NCBI GenBank assembly: GCA_044892525.1
Contig: CM097885.1
Coordinates: 15,316,001-15,380,000 of the forward strand
Length of the DNA stretch: 64,000 bases
Origin: Schmidtea polychroa
Lineage: Eukaryota
Reading direction: 5' to 3'
The notes beneath the pieces are model-generated. The model saw only the letters and a list, made by a program, of their open reading frames with translations. It searched no databases and was not told the origin of the DNA. Positions within the stretch are counted from its first letter, which is position 1. Each line of letters opens with the position of its first letter. Below, piece by piece: positions 34,901-45,804 of this stretch. The translations under genes were made by a program, and so were the position numbers.

Positions 34901-36089
34901 CCCGAAAGCAAGCAATGTTCTTTAAATTGACTTTTCTCATGCACAATATACACATAACATATACACTAAAAATCAACGATGATACATTACCCTAGGGATG
35001 ATAAACGGAGTAAAGCTCCAGACTCAAATGTCACCAAAATTAACTTTACCAATACGTTCGTCGAATCCGGATGGATAAATGTTCTAAGGAAAAGTTTTAA
35101 TAATAGTGTAAAGCAAAAGTTCTTCTTTAATAATTGATTTAGCAGCGATAGTCTTCATAAAAGCGTTCGACGGGCGTATTCGGATATCAAATGAACCCTG
35201 ATCTATCTATAAAAATATAATCGTAAACCCCTAAAAGTAGAAATTAACATTGGAATTTCATTAAAATATGAATTTTACTTATATATTTATTTTTTTTTTG
35301 AAATTTATAAATTATCATTGGCTATAAGCGTATCGATTATGAATTTAAATTTTGAAAATATAAATTGTAAAGTCATATATTTGAAGTAGGAGTTATAAAT
35401 CTGAGTTAATTACCTAATTATAAATTGTATTCATAATGCGATAGGAATACAAGTTACATGTAGCTGTAAAGTACACCTTATGAACTTAAAATTTGTAAAA
35501 AGTATATGAACTACACCCTTATATCGACTAAACGATAAATCCTAACTCTAAAGTAATTATGCAAAGATAAATGGTAATCCGAATTGCCTAAAATTAGTTA
35601 CAAAAGTGTAAATTACAAATTTAATTCGCTAAAAATATAAATTCATATTGACTATAAATTATAAATTACAACTATAAGTTGATTTATAAAAGTATAAATT
35701 GTGATCATAACTATATAAAAATATACCTTTTAAAGTATAAAGTATAAAATTATATTAATTTCAATATTAGGAACTATAAATTTGATTTTACAAAAATGTA
35801 AATTAAAAACTTATATTCGTTGTAGTAGTGTCTATTATCATCTTAATTTTACCAAAAGTAAAAATCTAAACTATACCAACTTATCTTAATATCTATCCAA
35901 TTTAGGCTATATCATAGAAGAAAATTGTAAATTTTGATGAATGACCCCCTCAGAAGCATAGTCATTAGCCATTAACCAAATATACTAGATTAGCATAATA
36001 TATATTTTTTTATTATGGTTACCATCATAGAGTACAAATTTCCTAGATGACCCCCCTCAAGTTATATATCTAGCTAAGATAGGTTACTG

Positions 36090-36093
<4 letters not shown>

Positions 36094-36172
<79 letters not shown>
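36094..36172. repeat. (TA)n microsatellite
   Basis: Seen directly. Confidence 0.95.
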
Positions 36173-36181
<9 letters not shown>

Positions 36182-36199
36182 AAATATGTATGTGTGTAT

Positions 36200-37040
36200 A
36201 TATGTATTTATATTGCTCATAACCTTGATTTTATAAATTAACCCCTATAATATTCCGTATATAAATATGCGTACTAATATTACTTATATATACTACTCAT
36301 AAAATCGCAAACCTTCTAGAGTCTAGAATTATTATTAAATGTATTATTTATGTATTTATTATGTATAAAATTTACAAATCATTTACGTCTATTAATAAAT
36401 ATATTAATTATATATACATTACTCACAAAATTCATAGATCATCTACGACTACTACTGAATATATTACTATATATATATTTTACTTATAAAATTTACAAAT
36501 CAATATAATCATTATATATACCCTGCTTGTAAAACTCATAAATCCTCTATGACTATTAATAAATGTATTACTATATATATTACTTATAACATTTATAAAT
36601 CCTTTATATCTATTAATAAATCTATTAGTTATATATACATTGCCTATAAAGTCTATCAATCATCTATAACTATTAATAAATATAGTAATTAGATATACAC
36701 TACTTACAAGGCTTATAAATCATCTATGATTACTAATCAATAGACTACTCATGAATACATTACTTATAAAATTTATAAATCTTCTATAACTATTTATAAA
36801 TATATATACACTACTGATAAGGCTTATCAGTCAATATATCACTTAGGTATGCATTATTTATAAATATTATAAGTCATCAATAATTACTAATAAATACATT
36901 TCTTATATATGCATTACTTATAAAGTTTATAAATCACCTATAACTATATTATCTATATGTTGCTTATAAGGTTTATAACTCGTCTATGACTATTTGATAA
37001 ATATATTAGTTATATACATGTTACTTACAAAATTTAGGAA
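36200..37040. repeat. Diverged ~60-bp AT-rich tandem repeat
   Basis: Recurring TACTTATAAAATTTATAAATC.TCTAT.ACTATTAATAAAT..ATTA.TTATATATACAT. Confidence 0.75.
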
Positions 37041-37462
37041 AAATTCCCTATAATAACCATACCCAATGATCTGTATTAATACTATTCAAATATACTACCA
37101 GTCAAATCACCTATTTAAGATGAAAATTTATAATTAATAATTTTTCCCAGTTCCTGGTTGCAATATAAAAATGAAAAGGTAAAAATTTATCTTCCAATTT
37201 CCTTTACTCAGAATACAAGTTGTCAAATCATTTTAAATTTGCACGTATGAGTTACAATATCAAGATTATAATATACGAATCATTTTAACTTGACATGTAT
37301 AAATTACGATACCAGTACAATTACAAAGTAAGAACGAAAAGTTAAAGGAAAAATCATTTTCCAATTTCATTTATTCGAAATACAAATTTACTGGAGCAAT
37401 TTACACTTAATAACTTCTCTCTAAAGTCCAATTCCCCCAGTTATAGTTGATTGAAGGACACA

Positions 37463-38405
37463 AGTAGTGTGGTTATATACCCAACCAAAACAGCCCCCCA
37501 ACAAAAACATGCCTCCAAATCACTTAAGCTATTAGAAAAACAACCTAAAACTTATACTTTTATAGTATTTTAACCCTATATTTTGAAAACAACCACCCTT
37601 AATGACTCTAACTGTTTTAATCTTCAAAGCCTCAAACTCAATAGCTTCAAACTAAAAAGAGAATAGAAAAGAAAATGGCATTATGAAAAAGTTAGAGGGC
37701 TATTTGATCTTTATCAGATTATTGATTTTAAATTATATAAATTAAAAAATAAATGAAAAATAGTAAAACTGCTCTGAGGGGACAGTGGTATTTTTTTTTT
37801 TTTTTTTCACTGTCCCCTCAACAGTTTTTTTTGATCCGGATCATTTTTTTTATTTATCAACCTCTTTCGTTTATCGAATCTCTTCCAATATACAAGCTGG
37901 CCAGACTCATACATCAGAATCAATCCGATAATAGCAGCACACCTTATTATTCGCTTCTCGCTCGAATACGATTTCATCGGCGTTTTAAGTGTGCTGCTCG
38001 AAAGTACAAATGAATTCGAAAGCGAATTCGAAAGAGGTCCGAAAACAACTGAGAAATAAATGTGCACATTAAAGAATCGATCCGAGGGTGTTCGAAAGAC
38101 AGGTGGCGATAATTACCGGTTCGCCACCATCACCCGTTTCAATATTTTTTTTTTCATATTTATGTTTAAAAAATAATTAATTAATAAAAAAATAAAATAA
38201 AATAAAATAAATAAAATAAAATATACAAGTACTTTATAAATATAAGATACCCACACTATTTTCAATATTATTTTCAAATTTTTAATATTATTTTATTTTG
38301 AAAAAAAAACTAACCTCAGATGTGATTTGAACCGCTAGCATTTTGAACCACTGTGTCAGTCTAGCCCACTGCGCCATCAAGGTTTGGATTTTTTGTCATT
38401 TTTTA
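37463..38405 (+). repeat. Polinton left TIR
   Basis: Reverse complement of 51123-52054; the outer ~800 bp are near-identical, the inner ~130 bp diverged. Confidence 0.95.
38301..38385 (-). ncRNA. Putative Pol III tRNA-like unit (left-TIR copy)
   Basis: A box TGGCGCAGTGG (38376-38366), B box GGTTCAAATCA (38333-38323), T9 run (38309-38301). Confidence 0.5.
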
Positions 38406-38450
38406 AATTTTTATTATAAAAAATGAATAATATAAATCTTAAAAAATAAA

Positions 38451-41400
38451 ATGAAAACAGGGTATCCAATAAAAAATTTTTTTCTAAAAATGAATTGTAA
38501 TATTTGCAATAAAGTTTTTAAAAATAAAACTGGATTAATTTCTCACTTAAAATCGAAAGCTCATTTATTAAAAGAAAATAATCTTAATGATACAAATTCA
38601 AAAGTTTGTCCTAAATGTAAAGGAAGATTTCTACATTCTGGATATAATAAACATTTTGAAAATTGTATCGGGAAAAATAGAGAAATATTTACAAGTCCTC
38701 ATTGTAACTTTTCAACAAAACTAAATTTCTATTATTTAGAACATATAAAAGAATGTAAAAATAAAAAACAAAATTCTGACGATGAGGAATGTCATTCAGA
38801 AGGAGAGCCTGATCATGTTGAAAGAGAAAAATATAACTGGGATAATTTTAATCATATAGATGAATTTCAATTAAAAATTAATGGGCCTGCAACTCCTGGA
38901 GAATATATAAATAAAAATAAAAAAAATATTAAAAATTCTTTCACTGAAGCTTTAAAAAATTATAAACCGACAAGGTATAATGTTATAAAATATAAAATTA
39001 TAATCAAAGCAAAATACTGGCGAGGAGCAGAAGAAAAGACAACACCCTTAGATGTTGAAATTGGAATACCTTTTAAATATTTATTTTCAATTAAAGGATT
39101 TGATAAAACCATCAAAGAAATAATTAAAGCAGCAGAAGCAAAACAAGAGGAAGTAGAAAATGAATTAGGAGATTCAAACTTAGTATTCAACTCTTTCCAA
39201 ACTTTAGTGATTGATTATTGGAGAGGATTACCACCCAATCCTAAATCTTATATTCCTACACCCTTTAAATCTAAAAATGTTATAAATGTACAGAATAATG
39301 ATAACAAATGTTTCATCTGGTCAATACTTGCACATTTACATCCTCAAGCAACAAATCCCCAAAGAGTTTCAAAATACAAACAATATGAAAATGAATTAAT
39401 ATTTCCCAAAGGATTCAAACACCCAATGAAACTAGAAGACATTCCAGAATTTGAAAAATTAAATAATCTTAAACTTAATATTTATGAACATGTTATAGGG
39501 AAAGAAATTATTCCAATTTATATTTCAGATAGTGGAACCAAGGATAACGGAGCACAGGACAACGAGATATATCTTTTAATCTTGGAACAAGAAAATAATC
39601 AACATTATGTTTTAATAAAATACTTTCAAGCTTTTACATCTCCAGAGAATCCAACTAGTGGAGGAGGAACATGTAAAAGATGTCTTCATTATTCAACAAC
39701 TAAAAACTCTATGATTAAACATACAAGATTTTGTGAAAAAGATGATCCAGCTTTAATTAAAATGCCTAATAGTCCCAAGATGTATTTTAAAAACTTTTCA
39801 AATTTACTACAAACAGTTGGAGTTCTTTATGGTGACTTTGAATCTATAAACCATAAACAAGATTTGGTTTATCAATATTTAAAAATAATAGAAAAAAATA
39901 AACTCATGGATTTATGGAACTCCTCAGGAGAGAAGATGAAACCAGAGAGGATGAAAGCCTTTCTAAGAAAAAGAAATAAACCTAATAGTGTTAAAAAAAC
40001 TAAACAATTACCATCTGCTTATAAATTATTATTTAAAAGTAATTATCCTGAACTCATAGAATCTAGAGAATATTCAATTCTAGGAGGTACCCCTGAAGAA
40101 GTCTTGAATCATTTTACTAAAAATATAAATGATCTAGAACATGAAATATTTAAAATATTAAAAACAAAGTATCCTCAAAATATTTCTAATCAACAACAAC
40201 AAGAATATGAAAATACTTCCAACTGTTGGATGTGTAAACAGAATATTCTTCCTGATGAAAAAGTTATAGATCATGATCATTTAAAAAAGGAAAATAATTA
40301 TCGAGGAGCAGCTCATAAAAATTGCAATCTTAATTGCCATACTCCTAAATTTATACCTGTTATATTTCATAATCTTTTTGGATATGACATACATCTATTT
40401 ATTAAACATTTAGCAGCAAATGCTAAAAACTCTTTCAAAGTTATCGGCTTAACAAAGGAAAAATATAAATCAATTGAATATGGAAAATTAAAATTTATAG
40501 ACTCGTTAAACTTTCTCCAAATGTCTTTAGATGCAGTAGCAAAAACAATGAAACCAGAAAATTTTAAAATCACTCGAGAATTCTTGGAAAAAAATAATAT
40601 TCCTCTAGAAGAATATCCTACATGTTTAGCAAAAGGAATATATCCTTATGACTATGTTGACTCGTTTGAAAGATATAATGAAACAAGTCTTCCTAGCCAA
40701 GAAGATTTCTATTCACAACTTCAAAAAAATCATATTACAAATCAAGAATATTCTCGAGCAAATAAAATGTGGGAATTATTCAAGTGTAAAACTTTAGGAG
40801 AATATACAAGTATGTATTTATCCTTGGATGTTTATATTCTAGCAGATTGCTTTGAAGAATTTACAAACTCTTTTGTTCTTAAACCTTATAATTATATAAC
40901 TGCACCCTCTTTAGCTTGGGATACTATGTTATATACCATTTGGACTTCAAATATAGAAGATGCTGATAAAATTATAGATCTTTTAACTAACCTCGATATG
41001 TTTAACCAAATTAAAACAAACATTAGAGGAGGAGTCTCTTCAGTAATGGGGAATAGAGAAATAAAAGCTAGAAATGCAATAACTACTAGCCGAAGACTAT
41101 CTAAACACCCTGATGATCCATATATGAAAATTAACAATGAGGAATTAAAAGAATTATTAGAAACAATGAAAAATCCTATATTTATACTTTATATAGATGC
41201 AACAGCTTTATATTCAGGAATTATGACTCAATTTTTACTAATGGGTGATTTCACTGAAATAGAGAACCCAACAGATGACCTTATGAAAGAAATACTTTCA
41301 ACATCGAAAGATTCTCCAATAGGTTACTTTATAGAATGCAACCTCGACTATCCAGATGATATAAAATCAGGAACAAGATATTTTCCTTTAGCTCCCATAA

Positions 41401-42770
41401 GAAGAAAGATTGATATCAACGAACTTTCTGAATGGCAAATCTCACAAGATAAACCTCCAACAATGAAACTTCTTTGTGATCAAACAGATCGAAGGTTTTA
41501 TCTTTGTCACTATAGACTCCTCCAATTTTATCTCTCACGAGGAATGATATTAAAAAAAGTTCATAGTGTCATAAGATTTAAACAAGCTCCATTCATGAAA
41601 GCTTTTATCGAGGAGAACATTAGGTGTCGAAACATTGCAAAAAGAGAAGGTAATCTTTTTAAAGATAATAATTATAAAATTTTAAACAATTCAGTCTTTG
41701 GGAAGACAATGGAGAATGTTGATAAATATACTCATATTGAACTCCTAACTAATACTGCCAAAGATATTAAGCGTTATAATCGTATGCTAGGAAAGCCTAC
41801 ATTTATAAACGCACAAGTATTTTCTGAAAATCTTACTGCAGTAGAATTAAAAAATTATGAGAAAACATATAACAAACCAATATTTATAGGGTTTACAATT
41901 TTAGAACTTTCAAAATTACAAATGTATGAAACATATTATAACATCTTACAACCTATATACGGAGCAAATATATCAATGCATGCAATGGATACAGATTCAA
42001 TGTTTTTAACAATAAGAACTCATGATTTACAAAAAGATATGAAAGAAAATCCTATACTTTCAAATTTAATAAATTCATCTGGAGAACTATTTTCGTTTAA
42101 AGATGAAAAACCTTTTACTCCTATAGAAAATGGAATATTTATTCGTGCTAAACAATATTCATACGAAACATTTAGAAACCCTGAATTTATAACTAGATCA
42201 TTTATATTTAAAACTCCAGAAACAGAAGAAACCATTACACATAGATATCCTATATTTCCTAAAGAAGAAAAACCTGTAAAGGATAACAGATGTAAAAGAA
42301 TACAGAGAGTGGTTTCAAAGAATCTTTCTCATCAAGATTATATAGATACATTGAATCCAAATCATAAAGATAAAATTGATGAAATACATCAACTTAAAAG
42401 TGAAAACCATGATATTCACTTGATAGAATCTCAAAAAGTATCATTATCAAATTATGATGATAAGAGATTCATACTAAGTGATTTAAAGACAACTCTACCT
42501 ATTGGAAATAATTTAATCCCTATAATAAAAAATCTAGAAAAGTTGAATAAGTTATATGATACAAAGATTACTGATCTTGATATTTATAATGTTGAAATTA
42601 TTTATCCCAAGAGAGAAATCGAGAAGCCTTTATATTCTCAAGTTTTTAATCCTATATGTTTAGAACTTAAATATTTTAATACTGATCCTGAATATATAAA
42701 AGGTCTAAGTGATAAAGAATTTAAAGATCATAAATTAATGATTCAAAGGTTGGCTTTCAACCATAACTGA
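38451..42770 (+). CDS. Protein-primed family B DNA polymerase (pPolB) with N-terminal C2H2 zinc finger; likely start ATG at 38490
   Basis: Exonuclease motifs YGDFES and FHNLFGYDIH; C..C..DHDH..YRGAAH..CNL; KGIYPYDY; YIDATALY; KILNNSVFGKTMEN; MDTDS; YDDKRF. Confidence 0.97.
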   Translation: MKTGYPIKNFFLKMNCNICNKVFKNKTGLISHLKSKAHLLKENNLNDTNSKVCPKCKGRFLHSGYNKHFENCIGKNREIFTSPHCNFSTKLNFYYLEHIKECKNKKQNSDDEECHSEGEPDHVEREKYNWDNFNHIDEFQLKINGPATPGEYINKNKKNIKNSFTEALKNYKPTRYNVIKYKIIIKAKYWRGAEEKTTPLDVEIGIPFKYLFSIKGFDKTIKEIIKAAEAKQEEVENELGDSNLVFNSFQTLVIDYWRGLPPNPKSYIPTPFKSKNVINVQNNDNKCFIWSILAHLHPQATNPQRVSKYKQYENELIFPKGFKHPMKLEDIPEFEKLNNLKLNIYEHVIGKEIIPIYISDSGTKDNGAQDNEIYLLILEQENNQHYVLIKYFQAFTSPENPTSGGGTCKRCLHYSTTKNSMIKHTRFCEKDDPALIKMPNSPKMYFKNFSNLLQTVGVLYGDFESINHKQDLVYQYLKIIEKNKLMDLWNSSGEKMKPERMKAFLRKRNKPNSVKKTKQLPSAYKLLFKSNYPELIESREYSILGGTPEEVLNHFTKNINDLEHEIFKILKTKYPQNISNQQQQEYENTSNCWMCKQNILPDEKVIDHDHLKKENNYRGAAHKNCNLNCHTPKFIPVIFHNLFGYDIHLFIKHLAANAKNSFKVIGLTKEKYKSIEYGKLKFIDSLNFLQMSLDAVAKTMKPENFKITREFLEKNNIPLEEYPTCLAKGIYPYDYVDSFERYNETSLPSQEDFYSQLQKNHITNQEYSRANKMWELFKCKTLGEYTSMYLSLDVYILADCFEEFTNSFVLKPYNYITAPSLAWDTMLYTIWTSNIEDADKIIDLLTNLDMFNQIKTNIRGGVSSVMGNREIKARNAITTSRRLSKHPDDPYMKINNEELKELLETMKNPIFILYIDATALYSGIMTQFLLMGDFTEIENPTDDLMKEILSTSKDSPIGYFIECNLDYPDDIKSGTRYFPLAPIRRKIDINELSEWQISQDKPPTMKLLCDQTDRRFYLCHYRLLQFYLSRGMILKKVHSVIRFKQAPFMKAFIEENIRCRNIAKREGNLFKDNNYKILNNSVFGKTMENVDKYTHIELLTNTAKDIKRYNRMLGKPTFINAQVFSENLTAVELKNYEKTYNKPIFIGFTILELSKLQMYETYYNILQPIYGANISMHAMDTDSMFLTIRTHDLQKDMKENPILSNLINSSGELFSFKDEKPFTPIENGIFIRAKQYSYETFRNPEFITRSFIFKTPETEETITHRYPIFPKEEKPVKDNRCKRIQRVVSKNLSHQDYIDTLNPNHKDKIDEIHQLKSENHDIHLIESQKVSLSNYDDKRFILSDLKTTLPIGNNLIPIIKNLEKLNKLYDTKITDLDIYNVEIIYPKREIEKPLYSQVFNPICLELKYFNTDPEYIKGLSDKEFKDHKLMIQRLAFNHN

Positions 42771-42864
42771 AACCAACGATATTTAATTTTTTAATAATAA
42801 AATGTCGACAATTAATTTAAGCAACTATAGCAACCTGATCTACTTTTTTAAAAATACACCCATT

Positions 42865-43461
42865 TTATAAATAAGAATTCTTTAACCATTTTTCTCGAGA
42901 TGTTTTTTTATTACTTATAACATTAGCCACCATGCCCTCCCTTTTTAATCTTATAACCTCATTCTTTATATCTTGTATTATTTGATTTGATTTCATTATT
43001 TCATCATCAGTTAAGATTCCATCTTCCAAAGCTTTTAATTGAAATAAAAATAATTTAGAGATTCCTAATTCTATTGATAAACAAACTTCTCTATATAAAC
43101 TTTTCTTTTTAGAAGTATAAGATAATGAAACTATTTCAGTTAAGAAACCATCAGCCACAGAAATACTTCCAAGTATTACAGGTGCAAGAGTAACAACTGG
43201 TAAAGTTATGGGTAAAATAACTGTTAATATTGCAGATGCAAATCCTAAAGAATAACCTATAACTTTTAAAACTGTATTCCCTTTATTCCATCTATTTTTA
43301 ATTTTTTTATAATGCTTTAATAAATCTTGTAAATGTAAGGTTTCTGATTTAAATTCTTTTACTCTCATAATTTCAAGTTCTGTGGGAGCCGAGGCCTTGG
43401 AAGAATAATATCCTGATGATCTCAATTCTGGGTAAATTTTTTCTTCTCTTACTTCTTCCAT
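42865..43461 (-). CDS. Polinton hypothetical membrane protein with YPEL and ASAP motifs
   Basis: 198-aa ORF; AAAATG start context; basic helix followed by a long hydrophobic stretch (VLKVIGYSLGFASAILTVILPITLPVVTLAPVILGSI). Confidence 0.8.
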   Translation of the reverse strand: MEEVREEKIYPELRSSGYYSSKASAPTELEIMRVKEFKSETLHLQDLLKHYKKIKNRWNKGNTVLKVIGYSLGFASAILTVILPITLPVVTLAPVILGSISVADGFLTEIVSLSYTSKKKSLYREVCLSIELGISKLFLFQLKALEDGILTDDEIMKSNQIIQDIKNEVIRLKREGMVANVISNKKTSREKWLKNSYL

Positions 43462-43469
43462 TTTAATAA

Positions 43470-44480
43470 TTAAAAAAATAAGACTTTATTCTTCTGAGCA
43501 TCATCTGGCACCAATACTCGGATATCAAAAGAAACTCTTGTTGAGAGGATATCTTTATACAATTCTCTCAATGCTTTACGAACTTCATCAACATCAACCT
43601 TTTTTTCATAAAATATTAAATCTATATATTGTACAAGTGAACTAGAAAAATGAATATTCTTACTTTTAACTTTATGTAGTCCATGTGAATGAGTATTAAC
43701 ATACCAATCTCCGTGTGGTAAATCATAACTAGTCATTATAACATCACCCTTTTCAAGCTTACTATTATAATCACATTTCACAAACCATTTCATTCTTTCA
43801 TTATCATCATCAAACAAAAAGAAATAAGGATCAATAATTTTTACAACCATAAAAACACCCCATTCTTTACTGTTTGTTGTTATTAAACTTGGTTCTATAA
43901 AATGTTTATATGTATGGGGTAATAATGTTTTATTCTGTTCTAATTCAGCAGCTCTTTTTCTAATACTATGTGTGGTGTTAATGTGTGTTCCATGAGACTC
44001 TAAATTTGAAATTCTTTTATTAAATGATGTAATCATCTCATTTATTATTTTATATATTGTATTAAATTTAGTATTCATAATTTGTTTATCTTTAGAATTT
44101 AATATAGCAGTATTTAACTTTACAACTTGTTCAGTTAACAGACTTTGTAACTTGTCAAATTTATCATTAAATCGTTGTTCGATATTATTAAGCTTTGATT
44201 CCATTGAATCAATTTTTGTTGTTAATGAACTTTCAATTCTTGTTGTTGTTAAATCAGTATATTTTTTAACACCATCTACATATTTCTTATTAACTGCATC
44301 AGCTTCATCAGTTGGAAAAGATAATTCTTTTATCTTGTGTCCATTTAAAATTAAATCACCCTTCATTGAATCACCTCTTTCATTAATATATTTATTTTCT
44401 GTTAAAGTTAATATTTCTTCTGTATTAAACCCTGTTTTTATTGTTCCACCACCTCTATTACATGGAATATAAGAACTCAT
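43470..44480 (-). CDS. Fibre/spike-like protein
   Basis: GDSMKGDLILNGHKIKELSFPTDEADAVNKKYVD fibre-type motif, long coiled-coil, globular C-terminus; adjacent to mCP. Confidence 0.7.
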   Translation of the reverse strand: MSSYIPCNRGGGTIKTGFNTEEILTLTENKYINERGDSMKGDLILNGHKIKELSFPTDEADAVNKKYVDGVKKYTDLTTTRIESSLTTKIDSMESKLNNIEQRFNDKFDKLQSLLTEQVVKLNTAILNSKDKQIMNTKFNTIYKIINEMITSFNKRISNLESHGTHINTTHSIRKRAAELEQNKTLLPHTYKHFIEPSLITTNSKEWGVFMVVKIIDPYFFLFDDDNERMKWFVKCDYNSKLEKGDVIMTSYDLPHGDWYVNTHSHGLHKVKSKNIHFSSSLVQYIDLIFYEKKVDVDEVRKALRELYKDILSTRVSFDIRVLVPDDAQKNKVLFF

Positions 44481-44504
44481 TTATTAATAATATAAAATGA
44501 ATCT

Positions 44505-45269
44505 TCAAACCTGTTCCAAATGTAAATACATTGAAATCTCTTCTCCATTAAAATCAATCAATTCTCCTTCTTGATTAAGAATTTTAAAATTAATATCCAT
44601 TATATATTTTCTACATAAAGGTAAATAATTTGGAGGATTCATTCTTTCAACTATTTTATATCCCATAGGAACTGTGTTTGAGGGAAAGGAATATAAAACA
44701 TTTGTTTGTTTACCATTATTATAAGAACCTGTTATACAATCGCAATGAATATTTATTGTGTTTGTATTTATTATTTTTATAATATGTTCTGATGTTATTA
44801 TTTTATCTTCTTTTATTGTTATATCCATAGGTTTAAATCCTAAAACTGTGTGAAAGAAACAATTATCTAAAAAACTAATTTTTATATTCTTCAAAGTCAT
44901 TACACATTTTGAAGTTGGTATATCCATTTTAATTTTAATACCTTCATTTGTTTTTTTAGAAAGTATATCATTTAAATCTTTTATCTCATATGCCCCAGGT
45001 TCTATTGTTATAATTTCTGGTTTATGCCCATCACGAGTTTGAATAGTAAATTTATTATTATCTTTAGTTATATTAAAAATAGTATTATAAGCACAAAACC
45101 ATAATAGCCCCAATTCATAATTTAAATTTTGATCTAATTTAATTGAATCTTGAAAGTTTATAGTAAAGTCTGATTCTTTTGAATTTATAGATAAAGTTCT
45201 TGAATATTTATCTGACATTATGTTTACCATTTTTTTTAAATTATCTTCCGGAGGGTTGTGAAGCTCCAT
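44505..45269 (-). CDS. Minor capsid protein (penton, single jelly-roll)
   Basis: IEPGAYEIKDLN, INIHCDCITGSYNNG..NVLYSF, YLPL, ILNQEGELIDFNGE. Confidence 0.88.
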   Translation of the reverse strand: MELHNPPEDNLKKMVNIMSDKYSRTLSINSKESDFTINFQDSIKLDQNLNYELGLLWFCAYNTIFNITKDNNKFTIQTRDGHKPEIITIEPGAYEIKDLNDILSKKTNEGIKIKMDIPTSKCVMTLKNIKISFLDNCFFHTVLGFKPMDITIKEDKIITSEHIIKIINTNTINIHCDCITGSYNNGKQTNVLYSFPSNTVPMGYKIVERMNPPNYLPLCRKYIMDINFKILNQEGELIDFNGEEISMYLHLEQV

Positions 45270-45317
45270 TTCTTTAGTAGTAAATTCATATAGTAAAAAT
45301 CCTTATAGTAAAAATCC

Positions 45318-45782
45318 TTATAGTAGAGATTCTAGATCATTAAAAATTTCTTGAATTATAGATTCAAAATCCTGCGTATGCCCCTTTCCCTCTCCCTTAT
45401 TCAATCTATACAAAACATATAAACTTAAAATACCACATATTTTAGTATTCAAAGGTTGAACTTGTAAAGAGTTAAAAGTATAACCATTTGGGGAATCAAT
45501 CGGAGAACCCGTCAAGAGATAATCTTCAACTTCTTTAGTAGGTTTAATCCCAAAAGAATCAAAGTAGATAGATTTCTTATATATACAAACCCAATGAGAT
45601 CCTTTTTCATTTGAATTTTGATAATTGATTATTATATTCAGGGGACTCTCCAGACTTGATAATTCATCATTCATTAATATTTTAATTTTTAAATTTAAAT
45701 AATTTGCATAATCTTTTAAATCAAAATTTGTTTTTGCATTTATTCCAAATGTTTTTAAAAAATCTAATATTGAAGGAGTCAT
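45318..45782 (-). CDS. Adenain-like cysteine maturation protease
   Basis: GSHWVC, YFDSFG, QVQ...ICG (His-Asp-Gln-Cys catalytic order). Confidence 0.93.
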   Translation of the reverse strand: MTPSILDFLKTFGINAKTNFDLKDYANYLNLKIKILMNDELSSLESPLNIIINYQNSNEKGSHWVCIYKKSIYFDSFGIKPTKEVEDYLLTGSPIDSPNGYTFNSLQVQPLNTKICGILSLYVLYRLNKGEGKGHTQDFESIIQEIFNDLESLL

Positions 45783-45804
45783 TTTGTATTTTAAAACTTC
45801 GTAT

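Noticed and set aside
38011..38045. GAATTCGAAAG repeated twice as a heat-shock element
   Set aside because: The spacing does not fit nGAAnnTTCn arrays.
37753..38067. Two 86-aa ORFs duplicated at 51450-51764
   Set aside because: They are mirror images produced by the TIRs, include poly-T/poly-A runs and have no protein-like motifs.
43955..43970. Furin site in the fibre-like protein (SIRKR)
   Set aside because: It lacks the P4 Arg of RxxR and the protein has no signal peptide.
45289..45325. TATAA motifs and a short duplication at Polinton gene junctions as late promoters
   Set aside because: Too common in AT-rich sequence to support by eye.
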